A DNA stretch of 64,000 bases from a bacterium. GTDB taxonomy: Bacteria; Elusimicrobiota; Elusimicrobia; UBA1565; UBA9628. The DNA lies in NCBI GenBank assembly GCA_021782205.1, contig JAJXVH010000006.1, positions 11,058-75,057 of the forward strand, given 5' to 3'. The notes under the pieces are model-generated. The model was not told the DNA's origin. It did no database searches and saw only the letters and a list, made by a program, of their open reading frames with translations. Shown one piece after another: positions 9,160 to 19,046 of this stretch; the stretch's first letter is position 1, and the number at the start of each line of letters is the position of its first letter. The translations under genes were made by a program, and so were the position numbers.

Positions 9160-12100
9160 ACGAGTCCCGTCTTCTGTGCGTTCGCCGCCGCGCGCGCGCC
9201 GGGGTCCGCGGAATACGGCTCCAGTCCCGCCTCTTCACGCCGGAAGCGCTCGTCGAGAAGGTGCAGAGTCGGCTCGCCGGTGCGCAGAAGCGAATAGACC
9301 ACCGGCACGACGATCAAGGTGACGACGGTCGCGACCAGAAGTCCGCCGATGACCGCGCGCCCCAGCGGCGCGTTCTGCTCGCCGCCCTCGCCCAGCGCCA
9401 GCGCCGTGGGCAGCATGCCGATGATCATGGCGGCCGCCGTCATCAGCACCGGGCGCAGGCGCGTGATGCCGGCCAACCGCGCTCCTTCCAGCGGCGAGAC
9501 GCCCTTTTCCACGCGCACGTCGTTGGCGAAGCTGACCAGCAGGATCGAGTTCGACGCCGCGATGCCCACCGCCATGATCGCGCCCAGAAAGGATTCGACG
9601 TTGATCGTGGTGCCCGTGACCAGAAGCATCCAAAGGATGCCGATCAACGCTCCGGGCACGGCGACCAGCACGATGAACGGGTCCAGCCACGATTGAAACA
9701 GCACGGCGATCAGCAGGTAGACCAACGCGATGGCCAAGATAAGACCCAGCCCCAGCTTCGAGAAGGCTTCATGCATGATCTCGCCCTGCCCGCGGACGTG
9801 AATGGCGACGCCGGGCGGAAGCTTCCCCAGCGTCGCGATCGCGCGGTTGACGTCGCCGAGCACGGAACCCAGATCGCGGCTCTCCACGTTGGCGGTCAGA
9901 TCGACGATGCGCTGAACGTTGAGATGGCTGATCTCGTCGAGGCCCCCCGCGCTGGTCATCAGCGCCAGATTGCCCAGACGCTGCGACGGCGCGCCCGGCG
10001 CCCGCGACGGCGCGGCAAAGCCGCCGTCCTGGAGCAAGTTTCCGGCCGAAGGCGGCGTGATCGGCGTGTTCAGCAGGTCCTGCACGGAGGCCAATTGGCG
10101 CAGCGGCGTCTTGACGACGACGACGTAGTTGACGTTGTTGCTCGGGTTGACGTAGTAGGACGGCGCCACGATCAGGCTTGAGGACAGGGAGGTCAGCAGG
10201 CTGTTGGCCACGTCGCGCTGCGCGATGCCCAACTGGGAAGCGCGCACGCGGTCCACGTCGAAATGCAGGTTGGGGTAATCGAAGACCTGCTTGATGGCGA
10301 CGTCCTCGACGCCCGGAATACCGCGCAAGAGGTCGCGCAGGCGGCGCGCGTAGCCGTAGGAGGCCAGCACGTCGCGCCCTTCGATCTGCAGGTCGACCGG
10401 CGCCGACACGCCGAAATTCAGCACCTGGCTGACGATGTCCGCGGATTGAAAATACGTCGTCGAGCCGGGAAAGCGCAGCGCCAGCGCGCGCCGGATTTTC
10501 TTCATGTAGCCGACGGTCGGGTGGTGATCGGGCTTGAGGCTGATCAGCAGTTCCGCGTCCATGCCGCCGACGTTGTCGGTCGGCACGAAGGCCAGGTTGT
10601 AGTAGATCGGCAGGCCGATCATCGAGTTGATCGTCTGGAGTTCGCCGGGCGGGATGATGCGGCGGATCTCTTCTTCGGCCTGCGCCACCAGCTTCTCCGT
10701 CACCTCGATGCGCGTGCCCGAAGGAGCGCGGAAGTGCAGCTTCATCAGGCCGGTGTCGGTCGCCGGGAAAAAATCCGAGCCGACCAGCAGCGGCAGGAAC
10801 GCCGACGCGGCCAGCAGCGCGAAGAACACGCCCAGCACGAAGCGCCGACGAGCCAGGGCCGCCTCGAGTACGCGCCCATAAAACGTCTGCAGGCTTTCGA
10901 AGAGACCCTCGCGCCGGCGGTGAAGCTCGCGCATCTCCTCGCTCGACGCCGGGTCCTCGCGCAGATCCAGAGGCTCGTCGACCATGAGCATGCGGCAGAG
11001 CACCGGCACCAGCGTGCGCGACAGCACGTAGGACGCCAGCATGGAGAACACCACCGCCAGCGCCATCGGCACGAACAGGAAGCGCGCGGGACCGGTCAGC
11101 AGCGCGACCGGCGAGAAGACGATGCAGATGGCGAGCGTGGCCATGATCGCGGGTAGGGCGATCTGGGCGGCGCCGTTGAGGATGGCGACCGTCAGCGGGT
11201 GGCCCAGGTGGCGGTTGCGGTGGATGTTCTCGACTTCCACCGTGGCGTCGTCGACGAGCATGCCGATGGCCAGCGACAAGCCGCCCAAGGTCATGATGTT
11301 GATGGAGTTGCCGGTCAGCTTCAGGCCGATCACGCCGCACAGGATCGCCAGCGGAATCGAGGTGCAGACCACGATCACGCTGCGCCAGCTTCCCAAGAAC
11401 ACCAGCACCATGATCGAGACCAGCACGGAGGACACCAGCGCCTCGCGCAGCACGCTGGCGATCGCCGCGCGCACGAACACCGACTGGTCGAAGTCGAGCT
11501 TGATCTTCAGGCCCTTCGGCGCGGTCGCCAGAATCTCCGGGATCAGGCGGCGCGCGGCCTCGACGACGGTCAACGTCGACGCGTCGGACTTGCGCAGGAT
11601 GTTCAGGTAGGACGCGCGCCGCCCGTCGACGCGCACGATGTTGGTCTGGTCGGCGAACGCGTCGGCCACCTTCGCGACGTCGCCGATCAGCACCGGGCGT
11701 CCGCCGACGACCTTGATCGGGATCTTCTCGAAGTCGGAGACCAGGTCGGGGCTGGAGTTGACCGCGACGTTGTATTCGTAGCGGCCGATGCGCGCGGTGC
11801 CCGCGGGCAGGATGATGTTGGACGCCTGCAGGGCGTTGACCACGTCGTTGGGCGACAGCCCCCGCCCGTTGAGCGCGGACGGGTCGACGTCGATGTTGAC
11901 CTCGCGCTGGAGGCCGCCGTAGGGCGCGGGCACGGAGAGGCCGGGGATCGTGAACAGCTTGATGCGGATGAAGTTCAGCGCGTAGTCGAAGATCTTCTCC
12001 TCGGACAGCGTGTCGCTGGTCATCGTGTACTGCGCGACGGGCACGTTGGAGGCGTTGAACTGGACGATGTTCGGCGGGGTCATGCCCGGAGGCAGGATGC

Positions 12101-12452
12101 GCAGGATCGTGTTCGACGCGGCGTTGATCTCCGCGATGGCCGCGCCGATGTCCGTGCCGGGCTGGAAATAGACGCGCAGCAGGCCCACGCCCGGAATCGA
12201 CTGGGACTCGATGCGCGCGATGCCGCCCACGATCGTCGACATCGCGCGCTCGCTGATGATCACGACGCGGCGCTCCATGTCCTCCGCCGACAAGCCGGGA
12301 TAGGACCAGACGATGCCGACGACCGGGATGTCGATGACCGGGAAGATGTCGATCAGCATGGACTTGATCGACAGCAGTCCCATGATGAAGATCATCACCG
12401 CGGCCACTCCGACGGTGTAGGGACGGCGCAGCGCGTAGCGGACGATCCACAT
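9156..12452 (-). CDS. RND (AcrB-family) efflux permease, full length (1098 aa)
   Basis: MWIVRYALRRPYTVGVAAVMIFIMGLLSI...; ...LGGLSLAIGMLVDDATVEVENIHRN...; 12-TM/two-large-loop layout. Confidence 0.9.
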   Translation of the reverse strand: MWIVRYALRRPYTVGVAAVMIFIMGLLSIKSMLIDIFPVIDIPVVGIVWSYPGLSAEDMERRVVIISERAMSTIVGGIARIESQSIPGVGLLRVYFQPGTDIGAAIAEINAASNTILRILPPGMTPPNIVQFNASNVPVAQYTMTSDTLSEEKIFDYALNFIRIKLFTIPGLSVPAPYGGLQREVNIDVDPSALNGRGLSPNDVVNALQASNIILPAGTARIGRYEYNVAVNSSPDLVSDFEKIPIKVVGGRPVLIGDVAKVADAFADQTNIVRVDGRRASYLNILRKSDASTLTVVEAARRLIPEILATAPKGLKIKLDFDQSVFVRAAIASVLREALVSSVLVSIMVLVFLGSWRSVIVVCTSIPLAILCGVIGLKLTGNSINIMTLGGLSLAIGMLVDDATVEVENIHRNRHLGHPLTVAILNGAAQIALPAIMATLAICIVFSPVALLTGPARFLFVPMALAVVFSMLASYVLSRTLVPVLCRMLMVDEPLDLREDPASSEEMRELHRRREGLFESLQTFYGRVLEAALARRRFVLGVFFALLAASAFLPLLVGSDFFPATDTGLMKLHFRAPSGTRIEVTEKLVAQAEEEIRRIIPPGELQTINSMIGLPIYYNLAFVPTDNVGGMDAELLISLKPDHHPTVGYMKKIRRALALRFPGSTTYFQSADIVSQVLNFGVSAPVDLQIEGRDVLASYGYARRLRDLLRGIPGVEDVAIKQVFDYPNLHFDVDRVRASQLGIAQRDVANSLLTSLSSSLIVAPSYYVNPSNNVNYVVVVKTPLRQLASVQDLLNTPITPPSAGNLLQDGGFAAPSRAPGAPSQRLGNLALMTSAGGLDEISHLNVQRIVDLTANVESRDLGSVLGDVNRAIATLGKLPPGVAIHVRGQGEIMHEAFSKLGLGLILAIALVYLLIAVLFQSWLDPFIVLVAVPGALIGILWMLLVTGTTINVESFLGAIMAVGIAASNSILLVSFANDVRVEKGVSPLEGARLAGITRLRPVLMTAAAMIIGMLPTALALGEGGEQNAPLGRAVIGGLLVATVVTLIVVPVVYSLLRTGEPTLHLLDERFRREEAGLEPYSADPGARAAANAQKTGLV

Positions 12453-12454
12453 AC

Positions 12455-12470
12455 TTGACTACTTAGTCAA
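12455..12470. promoter_or_regulatory. Second operator-like palindrome TTGACTA-CT-TAGTCAA, spanning the tetR-2 stop and the 6-nt gap before the RND start
   Basis: Read directly. With flanks it matches 15/20 positions of the palindrome inside the tetR-2 promoter (13093-13112). Confidence 0.45.
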
Positions 12471-13082
12471 CACCGGGCGCCGCGCCGGAGTCCGCGCGCC
12501 GAGCAGGCGGAAGACGCCGTCCTCCAGCCGCTCCAGAACCGACAGGTCGTTCTCGATCTTGGCCTGAAGAATGGTGCCCATCGAATAGGCATAAAGTTCG
12601 CGCGCCTTCGCGTCCGGGTCGCAGGCCTCGATCAGCTTCTCGCGCAAGGCGTCGCGCACGGCCGCGGCGACATAGCGGCAGGAGCGCTCGGTCATCTCGC
12701 GGCACTTCAAGCGGATGTGCTCGTCGAGAGTGCTCAGTTCCGAGCCGATGGAGGAGTAAGGGCAACCAAGAACCTTTCCCTTTTTTTCCTTACGTTTTTT
12801 TTGGCTGGCGCGTGTCAACTCACACCACGCCGCCAGGCGTTCCAGCGGCGGTACCTGCGGAGAGAAGACGCGGTCCTTCTCCGGACGGTTGCGCTCCCAA
12901 TGCGCCTCCATGGCCGCGACGGCCAGATCCGACTTGGAGGGAAAAAAATGGTAAAAACTGCCCTTCTGAACCTTCGCGCGCTCGCAGATATGATCGACGC
13001 TGACCGCGCCGTAGCTGCTCTCCCAGATCAGGTCCGAGGCCGTCTCCAGCAGTCTCTCGCGCGCGCCCGTTTCGCGGGTCAT
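12459..13082 (-). CDS. TetR-family transcriptional repressor (efflux operon 2)
   Basis: HTH: SVDHICERAKVQKGSFYHFFPSKSDL. First gene of tetR-RND-MFP-OMP. Confidence 0.9.
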   Translation of the reverse strand: MTRETGARERLLETASDLIWESSYGAVSVDHICERAKVQKGSFYHFFPSKSDLAVAAMEAHWERNRPEKDRVFSPQVPPLERLAAWCELTRASQKKRKEKKGKVLGCPYSSIGSELSTLDEHIRLKCREMTERSCRYVAAAVRDALREKLIEACDPDAKARELYAYSMGTILQAKIENDLSVLERLEDGVFRLLGARTPARRPVLTK

Positions 13083-13087
13083 GCCTT

Positions 13088-13117
13088 ATTATAGTTGACT
13101 GTTCAGTCAACTGTCAA
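13088..13117 (-). promoter_or_regulatory. Consensus sigma70 promoter whose whole spacer is a perfect 9-2-9 palindrome (operator); predicts a leaderless tetR-2 mRNA
   Basis: Minus strand reads TTGACA (13117-13112), an 18-nt spacer, then TATAAT (13093-13088). The palindrome AGTTGACTG-TT-CAGTCAACT occupies 13093-13112. Only 5 nt separate the -10 from the ATG at 13082. Confidence 0.6.
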
Positions 13118-13232
13118 GAGATGCGCCGCAAGATGCCGCGCGTCAGACAGCCGCTGCCGCCGCTCGGCGGATCGGGCATCGGCAACGGAGAGACGTCCGG
13201 TCGCAGCACGCGCTTTAATCGCCGCGCCCCGG

Positions 13233-14744
13233 CTATCGGGCGAGAATGACCCACGGTCGCCGCGCGGCGGGCTGATCGGGCGAGGCATAGAGCGAAGGCG
13301 TCTGCTCGACGTTCTGGCGGCGAGCGGCTTTTTCTACGGAAGCTTTCACGTAGGCGTAGAGACGATCAACGGTAATACTCCCATCTCTTGAAGAGGCGGC
13401 CGCGCCGTGAAGCCCCGACAGCAGATAATAGGTGAACAGCCCGTGATTCGAGGAGGTTTCTTCCGCGCCGACTTGATTGGGGCCGGTGGCCGTCATCACC
13501 AAGGCACCGACCGCAGGTCGCGCCGATCGCCCGATTTTCAATGGCCGCAGTCCCGCCATCGAGATCACTCGGGGACCGGCTAAAAAGCACGCGTCGAGGA
13601 TCACAGACTTGTCCTGGGCAGGGATCTCGCGTAAGAGACCGAATAGGCGCTCGAGGGGCAGGGCGGTCTGAGACAGGTAGCCGGGATCCGTATCGTAGAG
13701 ATCGAGCATATCGGCTCCCGACACAGGGTCGCGCGATCCGTGTCCGGAAAAATAGAAGAACACGCGCGAGTTCGTGTCAGCGCGATTCTTGAGCCAGCCT
13801 CCGACGGCCTTAATCGCGCTTGCGCGCGTGGCCTTGTCGTCGATGAGAAGAAGGACGTTTCTCTCCCGATAGCCCATGGCATTGATCAGATAGTCGCGCA
13901 TCACGCGGGCATCGTTGTCCGCGCCGCGAGCGGGCGGGATTTCCGGTAAGCTGGATTTTCCCGCGCCGATAACCACCGCGAAGGCGTCGTCTTGGGCGGC
14001 CAGAAGGCTGCGCGGAGGCGTGTCGACCGGGTCCGTGGATTCTTGCGCCGAGGGAGCGAGAGACGCAAGTTCCCGGATGTAGCGAATCAGCCCATCGAGT
14101 TCATTTGGGTCGGGAAGGCGGGACAACGGCAGCATTTTTCCCTTGCCGCGGCTCAAAAGCCGCCTAAAATCCTCAAGACTTCGGGTCTGCGGCGGCACGG
14201 TCGTCAAATCCAGGGACGAGAGATCGACGTTGAGGGCGCGTGCGACGTGCGCCGAGCCGCGCCCGACGAAGCCATGGCACTGTGCGCAGTGATTCAGATA
14301 GAACGCGGCCCCCTGCCCGAGCGAGCCATAGTCGCGGGAAGGCGAAGCGGCGGATGCGTTCGAGCCGCTGAGAGCGCGCACATACCGAACCAACGAATCG
14401 ACCACCCCGGCATCCAGCGCTCCGGGGCGTCCGCCGGGCGGAGGCATCTTGTCTCCGCCGTACTGAATTCTAATCCGCAGCTGCGCATCGGATAAATCGC
14501 GTACGCGTGCGTTGGTCAAGTCCAGCAGGGAAGGATCGACTCCGGCCGGGCGCAAAGGCCCGTCGCGTCCTTTGCCGTCGGGGCCGTGGCAGGCGGAACA
14601 GAGAAGCTGGAACGCCTCTTGGCCGTCGGCTCCTTGAGTTTGAGCGCGGCACGCCACCGCCGCAAACGCAAGGATGAGTGCGACGATAACGGCAGCGGTC
14701 GCGCGCGGCTGCGCTGGAACCGCAGTACGGGCAATCAGGCGCAT
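13233..14744 (-). CDS. Exported dihaem cytochrome c fused to a caspase-like (peptidase C14) domain
   Basis: ORF 13233..15128 trimmed to Met129 (MRLIARTAV...AVIVALILAFAAVAC signal). Two class-I haem motifs, CSACHGPDGKG...KMPPPG and CAQCHGFVGRG...GKMLPL. C-terminal His/Cys dyad contexts FFYFSGHGSRD and VILDACFLAG. Confidence 0.75.
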   Translation of the reverse strand: MRLIARTAVPAQPRATAAVIVALILAFAAVACRAQTQGADGQEAFQLLCSACHGPDGKGRDGPLRPAGVDPSLLDLTNARVRDLSDAQLRIRIQYGGDKMPPPGGRPGALDAGVVDSLVRYVRALSGSNASAASPSRDYGSLGQGAAFYLNHCAQCHGFVGRGSAHVARALNVDLSSLDLTTVPPQTRSLEDFRRLLSRGKGKMLPLSRLPDPNELDGLIRYIRELASLAPSAQESTDPVDTPPRSLLAAQDDAFAVVIGAGKSSLPEIPPARGADNDARVMRDYLINAMGYRERNVLLLIDDKATRASAIKAVGGWLKNRADTNSRVFFYFSGHGSRDPVSGADMLDLYDTDPGYLSQTALPLERLFGLLREIPAQDKSVILDACFLAGPRVISMAGLRPLKIGRSARPAVGALVMTATGPNQVGAEETSSNHGLFTYYLLSGLHGAAASSRDGSITVDRLYAYVKASVEKAARRQNVEQTPSLYASPDQPAARRPWVILAR

Positions 14745-14764
14745 GTGGGAAATTGGACAATATT

Positions 14765-15787
14765 TCACGCTCCGAATGCTGACTGGAGGAGCGCCGCGGC
14801 GCGGCGTGCGGCACCCAGCAGGGCGGCGCGGTCGGCGCGGATGACGCGCACGGGAATTTTTTCCAGAATGGCCGACAGCCGTCCCTTGGCCGAGAATGCC
14901 GTCAAGAATGCCGGGCGCCTGAGCCTCTCCAGCAGACGCGGGGCGATTCCTCCGCCCAGGTAGACGCCGCCGGTCGCCAGGAACTTCAGCGCCAGGTTGC
15001 CCGCCTCCGCGCCGTAGAGCGAGACAAAAAGCTCCAGCGCGGCGTCGCATAACTCGCTGCGTCCATCCTCCGCGGCCCGCGCGATGGACGCCGCGGGATC
15101 GCCCGCGCGCAGTTCCTCGGCCAGCCATGCGGGCTCTGCGCCCCGCCCGGTGTCGCGCAGGAAGCGGTAGACGTTGTGCAGGCCCGGGCCGGAGAGCACG
15201 CGCTCCCAGCTGACGTGGCCGAACTCCTTGGCGAGGAATTCCAGCAATTCGATCTGGAGCGCGCCCTGCGGCGCGAAATCCGCGTGGCCGCCCTCGCCGC
15301 GGATCGGAAGGAAGCCGTCGCGGCCGGGGCGCAGGCCGGCCTCGCCCAAGCCGGTGCCCGCGGAGATCAGCGCGCCCCCGCCCTCCGGGTCGGCCTCGCC
15401 CGCGCGCAGGACTGCAAATTCTTCCGGGCCGAGCGCGGCGATGCCGTACGCGTTTGCCTCCAGATCGTTGATCAGCTCCGCGCGCGCCAAGCCCAATTGC
15501 GCGGCCACGCGCGCGGCGTCCAACGTCCAGGGCAGGTTCGGCGCGCTCACGCGCCCGCGCACCACCGGGCCCGCGATGCCCACGCAGGCGGCCGCGACGG
15601 GCTCCGGATGCAGTTCGCGAAAGCGCCGCAGGGCGTCGTCGAAGGAAGCGAAGTCGCGGCTGGGCAATATCTCGACGGCGGCCTGACGCGGCGCGCCCGC
15701 CCCCGCTTCGAAGAGCGCCAGCCGCGCGTGCGTGCCGCCCACGTCGCCGGCCAGCACCAGGCGCGGCTTGCCCGCCTCAGGCGGCAT
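14765..15787 (-). CDS. glk: Glucokinase
   Basis: [14 protein letters not shown] (ATP-binding GDxGGTNxR-type motif). Glk-family length of 340 aa. Confidence 0.85.
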   Translation of the reverse strand: MPPEAGKPRLVLAGDVGGTHARLALFEAGAGAPRQAAVEILPSRDFASFDDALRRFRELHPEPVAAACVGIAGPVVRGRVSAPNLPWTLDAARVAAQLGLARAELINDLEANAYGIAALGPEEFAVLRAGEADPEGGGALISAGTGLGEAGLRPGRDGFLPIRGEGGHADFAPQGALQIELLEFLAKEFGHVSWERVLSGPGLHNVYRFLRDTGRGAEPAWLAEELRAGDPAASIARAAEDGRSELCDAALELFVSLYGAEAGNLALKFLATGGVYLGGGIAPRLLERLRRPAFLTAFSAKGRLSAILEKIPVRVIRADRAALLGAARRAAALLQSAFGA

Positions 15788-17309
15788 CGTTCTTCCAGGC
15801 GCGGCCGTCGCGGCGCATCATCTCGTCGGCCTCCGGCGGCCCCCAGGAGCCCGCCGCGTAGTTGGGAAATCCGCGCGCCGGCAGGGCGTGCCAGACGTCG
15901 AGCAGGGGCTGGATGACGCGCCAGCCCGCCTCGGTCATGTCCGCGCGCTGGAACAGGGTCTGGTCGCCGATCATGCAGTCGTGCAGGAGCGTCTCGTAGC
16001 CGGTCGCGGGACGCGCGCCGAAGTATTCGGCGTATTTGAACTTCATCTCCACGTCGCCGATGTCGACGGTCGGGCCGGGGATCTTCGCTCCGAAGCGCAG
16101 GGAGATGCCCTCGTCGGGCTGGACATGGATGGTCAGAACGTTGGGATCGAGCGCCCCGACGCCGGTGTGCCGGAACAACTGCAGCGGCGGGCGGCGGAAA
16201 TGAATGGAGATCGTCGTCGAGCGCGTCTTCAGGCGTTTGCCGGTGCGCAGATAGAACGGCACGCCCGCCCACCGCCAGTTGTCGACCGTCACCTTCAGCG
16301 CCGCGTACGTCTCCGTCTGCGACTCCGCGGCCACGCCCGGCTCCGTCCGGTAGGCCGCGACCGCGCCCTCGGCGCCCTGGCCCGCGCCGTACTGCCCGCG
16401 CGCGGCACAGGTGAGCACGGCCTCCGGCGTCAGCGGCTGGAGCGCCGTGAGAATCTTCGCCTTCTCGCCGCGCACGGCCTCGGCTCCGAAGGAGTTCGGC
16501 GGCTCCATCGCGGTCAGCGCCAGAAGTTGGAACAGGTGGTTGGGGACCATGTCGCGCAGGGCGCCCGCGCCCTCGTAGTAGGCCGCGCGCTTCTCCACGC
16601 CCAAGGTCTCCGCGGCCGTGATCTGCACGTGGTCGATGTAGCGCCGGTCCCAGATCGGCTCGAAGATGCCGTTGCCGAAGCGGAAGACCATCAGGTTCTG
16701 CACGGTCTCCTTGCCCATGTAGTGGTCGATGCGATAGATCTGATCCTCGCCCAGGCAATGGCGCAGGCGGCGATTGAGCTCCGCCGCCGACTCCAGGTCC
16801 CGGCCGAAGGGCTTCTCAACGACCACGCGCCGCCACAGCCCCGCCGGCGCCTGCGCCAGACCCGCCGCGCCCAGACGCTCGGCGATCACGCCGAAGAACG
16901 CCGGCGCGGTCGCGAAATAATAGAGATGGTTGCCGGGAATGGCGCCTTCCTTGGCCACGATGTCGAGCCTTTGTTGGAGACGCTCGAACGTCGCCGGATC
17001 GTCGAAGACGCCGGTGACGTAGTGCAGGCGCTCCGCCAGCCACGCCCACACGGCGGGATCGAACGGGCCGGTCGCGTTGGCGGGCGCCTCGCGCGTAAGC
17101 TCCTCGCGAAACGACTGCGAGGTGTGTTCGACGTTCGACACGCCGATGATCGCGAACTTTTCCGGTAATAGCCCCGCGACCTTCAGGTTGTAGAGAGACG
17201 GCAGGAGCAGGCGCTTGGTCAGATCGCCGGTCGCGCCGAAGATCACCATCACGCACGGCTCTCCGGGGCCGCGCTGGCGGTCCGAGGCGGCGGAGGACTC
17301 GGGGCTCAT
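15777..17309 (-). CDS. zwf: Glucose-6-phosphate 1-dehydrogenase
   Basis: ORF 15777..17564 trimmed to Met86, which overlaps the gnd stop (ATGA). Motifs [31 protein letters not shown]. Confidence 0.92.
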   Translation of the reverse strand: MSPESSAASDRQRGPGEPCVMVIFGATGDLTKRLLLPSLYNLKVAGLLPEKFAIIGVSNVEHTSQSFREELTREAPANATGPFDPAVWAWLAERLHYVTGVFDDPATFERLQQRLDIVAKEGAIPGNHLYYFATAPAFFGVIAERLGAAGLAQAPAGLWRRVVVEKPFGRDLESAAELNRRLRHCLGEDQIYRIDHYMGKETVQNLMVFRFGNGIFEPIWDRRYIDHVQITAAETLGVEKRAAYYEGAGALRDMVPNHLFQLLALTAMEPPNSFGAEAVRGEKAKILTALQPLTPEAVLTCAARGQYGAGQGAEGAVAAYRTEPGVAAESQTETYAALKVTVDNWRWAGVPFYLRTGKRLKTRSTTISIHFRRPPLQLFRHTGVGALDPNVLTIHVQPDEGISLRFGAKIPGPTVDIGDVEMKFKYAEYFGARPATGYETLLHDCMIGDQTLFQRADMTEAGWRVIQPLLDVWHALPARGFPNYAAGSWGPPEADEMMRRDGRAWKNDAA

Positions 17310-18328
17310 CGGGCGTCCGCGGGCTTTTCCAAGTGCCCGCCGAACTCGAAGCGCATCGCCGACAGGATCTTGTCGGCGAATTCTCCGGCCCCGCGCGACT
17401 CGAAACGCGAGTACAGCGCCGCCGTCAGCACCGGCGCGGGCACGCCCTCGTCGATGGCCGCGTCCACGGTCCAGCGCCCCTCGCCGGAGTCCGACACGCG
17501 GCCGGAGAACTTCGCCAGCGCCGGGTCGCCGGTCAGCGCCGCCGCGGTCAGGTCCAGTAGCCACGACGAGATCACGCTGCCGCGCCGCCAGACCTCGGCG
17601 ACCTCCGCCGTGTCGATGTCGAACTGGTAGAGCTCCGGCGCGCGCAGGGGCGTGGTTTCGGCGTCGACCTCCCGCGCGATCTTGCCCGCGTTCGCGTGGC
17701 GCAGGATATTGAGCCCTTCGGCGTAAGCCGCCATGATGCCGTACTCGATGCCGTTGTGCACCATCTTGACGAAGTGCCCCGCGCCGCTGGGGCCGCAGTG
17801 CAGGTAGCCGCGCGCGGCCGTGCCCTTGCCGGGCGCGCGTCCGGGGGTGGGCGGCGCCGAGGCTTCCGGCGGCGCCAGCGTCGCGAAGATCGGCTCCAGC
17901 CGCTGGAACGTTTCCGGGTCACCGCCGATCATCTGGCAGTAGCCGCGCTCCAGGCCGAACACGCCGCCGCTGGTGCCGCAGTCGACGTAGTGCAGGCCTT
18001 GGGCCGCCAGTTCCTTGGCGCGACGGATGTCGTCGACGTAATAGGAGTTGCCTCCGTCGATGACGGCGTCGCCCTTGGAGAGCAGGGGCGTCAAATCCTT
18101 GAGCGTCGCGTCGACCACGCCGGCGGGAACCATCAGCCACGCCGCGCGCGGAGCCTTGAGCTTGGCGACGAATTCCGGGAGGGTCGCGGCGCCGACGGCG
18201 CCTTCCTTGACCAGCGCCTTCACCGCGTCCTGGTTGCGGTCGAAGACCACGCACTCGTGCCCGCCTTTCTTCAGGCGCTTGACCATGTTCGCGCCCATCC
18301 GGCCCAGTCCGATCATCCCGATCTGCAT
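17306..18328 (-). CDS. gnd: 6-phosphogluconate dehydrogenase, decarboxylating (short ~340-aa form)
   Basis: [19 protein letters not shown] Rossmann start. ...[14 protein letters not shown]... Confidence 0.88.
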   Translation of the reverse strand: MQIGMIGLGRMGANMVKRLKKGGHECVVFDRNQDAVKALVKEGAVGAATLPEFVAKLKAPRAAWLMVPAGVVDATLKDLTPLLSKGDAVIDGGNSYYVDDIRRAKELAAQGLHYVDCGTSGGVFGLERGYCQMIGGDPETFQRLEPIFATLAPPEASAPPTPGRAPGKGTAARGYLHCGPSGAGHFVKMVHNGIEYGIMAAYAEGLNILRHANAGKIAREVDAETTPLRAPELYQFDIDTAEVAEVWRRGSVISSWLLDLTAAALTGDPALAKFSGRVSDSGEGRWTVDAAIDEGVPAPVLTAALYSRFESRGAGEFADKILSAMRFEFGGHLEKPADAR

Positions 18329-18338
18329 GAGAGTCTCC

Positions 18339-19046
18339 TTAATCCGCCGCCGACCACATCCACAGTGCGCCGCCGCGCGCGCGCGCGCGTGCGGCCGGAA
18401 AATCCGCCCCGCCGCGCGCCGCCGCGTCGACCAGAGCCTTCTTGCGCGGTCCCGCCGCGAGCAGAAGTATCCCGCGCGAAGCGGCCAGCGCGGGATAAGT
18501 CAACGTCAAGCGCGGCACCGGTGGGCTGGCGCGCAGTCCGGGCGTGCTGACGACCCAGCGCGACGGCTCGTCGAGCGTGGGCTCGCCTGGAAACAGCGAC
18601 GCGGTGTGGCCGTCGGAGCCCAGGCCCAAAAGGACCAGGTCAAAAGCCGCGTCCGTGCCGGCGAAAAACACGCGCAGGGACGCCTCGTAGGCCGCCGCCC
18701 CCTCCACCGCCGCCGCGGGATCGCAGGGCATCGGATGGATATTGGCGGGCGGCAGAGGCGCGCGCGCGAAGAGCGCCTCGCGCGCGAGGCGGTAGTTGCT
18801 GGCCGGGTCCTCGCGCGGCACGCAGCGCTCGTCGCCCCAGAACAAATGGACGCGCTCCCACGGCAGCTTTTTTTCCGCCAGCATTTCGTAGAGCCGCCGC
18901 GGCGTGCCCCCTCCGGAGAGCGCCAGGCTGAAGCGCCCGCGCTCCGTAGACGCCGCGCGCGCCGCCGCCGCGACCAGTTCCGCGGCCGCGGCACTCAGCG
19001 TCTCCAGGTCCGCGTACCTCCGAACCTCCGGCGCGGCCGCGTTCAC
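18339..19046 (-). CDS. pgl: 6-phosphogluconolactonase
   Basis: ORF 18339..19631 trimmed to GTG at 19046 (GTGA overlap with the GH15 stop). Motifs LALSGGGTP, WGDERCVP, LGLGSDGHTASLFP. Confidence 0.85.
   Translation of the reverse strand: MNAAAPEVRRYADLETLSAAAAELVAAAARAASTERGRFSLALSGGGTPRRLYEMLAEKKLPWERVHLFWGDERCVPREDPASNYRLAREALFARAPLPPANIHPMPCDPAAAVEGAAAYEASLRVFFAGTDAAFDLVLLGLGSDGHTASLFPGEPTLDEPSRWVVSTPGLRASPPVPRLTLTYPALAASRGILLLAAGPRKKALVDAAARGGADFPAARARARGGALWMWSAAD

Noticed and set aside
6848-12458. Long ORFs 6848..8467(+), 7996..9132(+), 9000..10181(+), 9769..12450(-, 893 aa), 11199..12458(+)
   Set aside because: They are alternative frames or strands of the OMP, MFP and RND genes of operon 2. 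Their composition is dominated by R/G/A/P/D/H repeats and no motifs are present.
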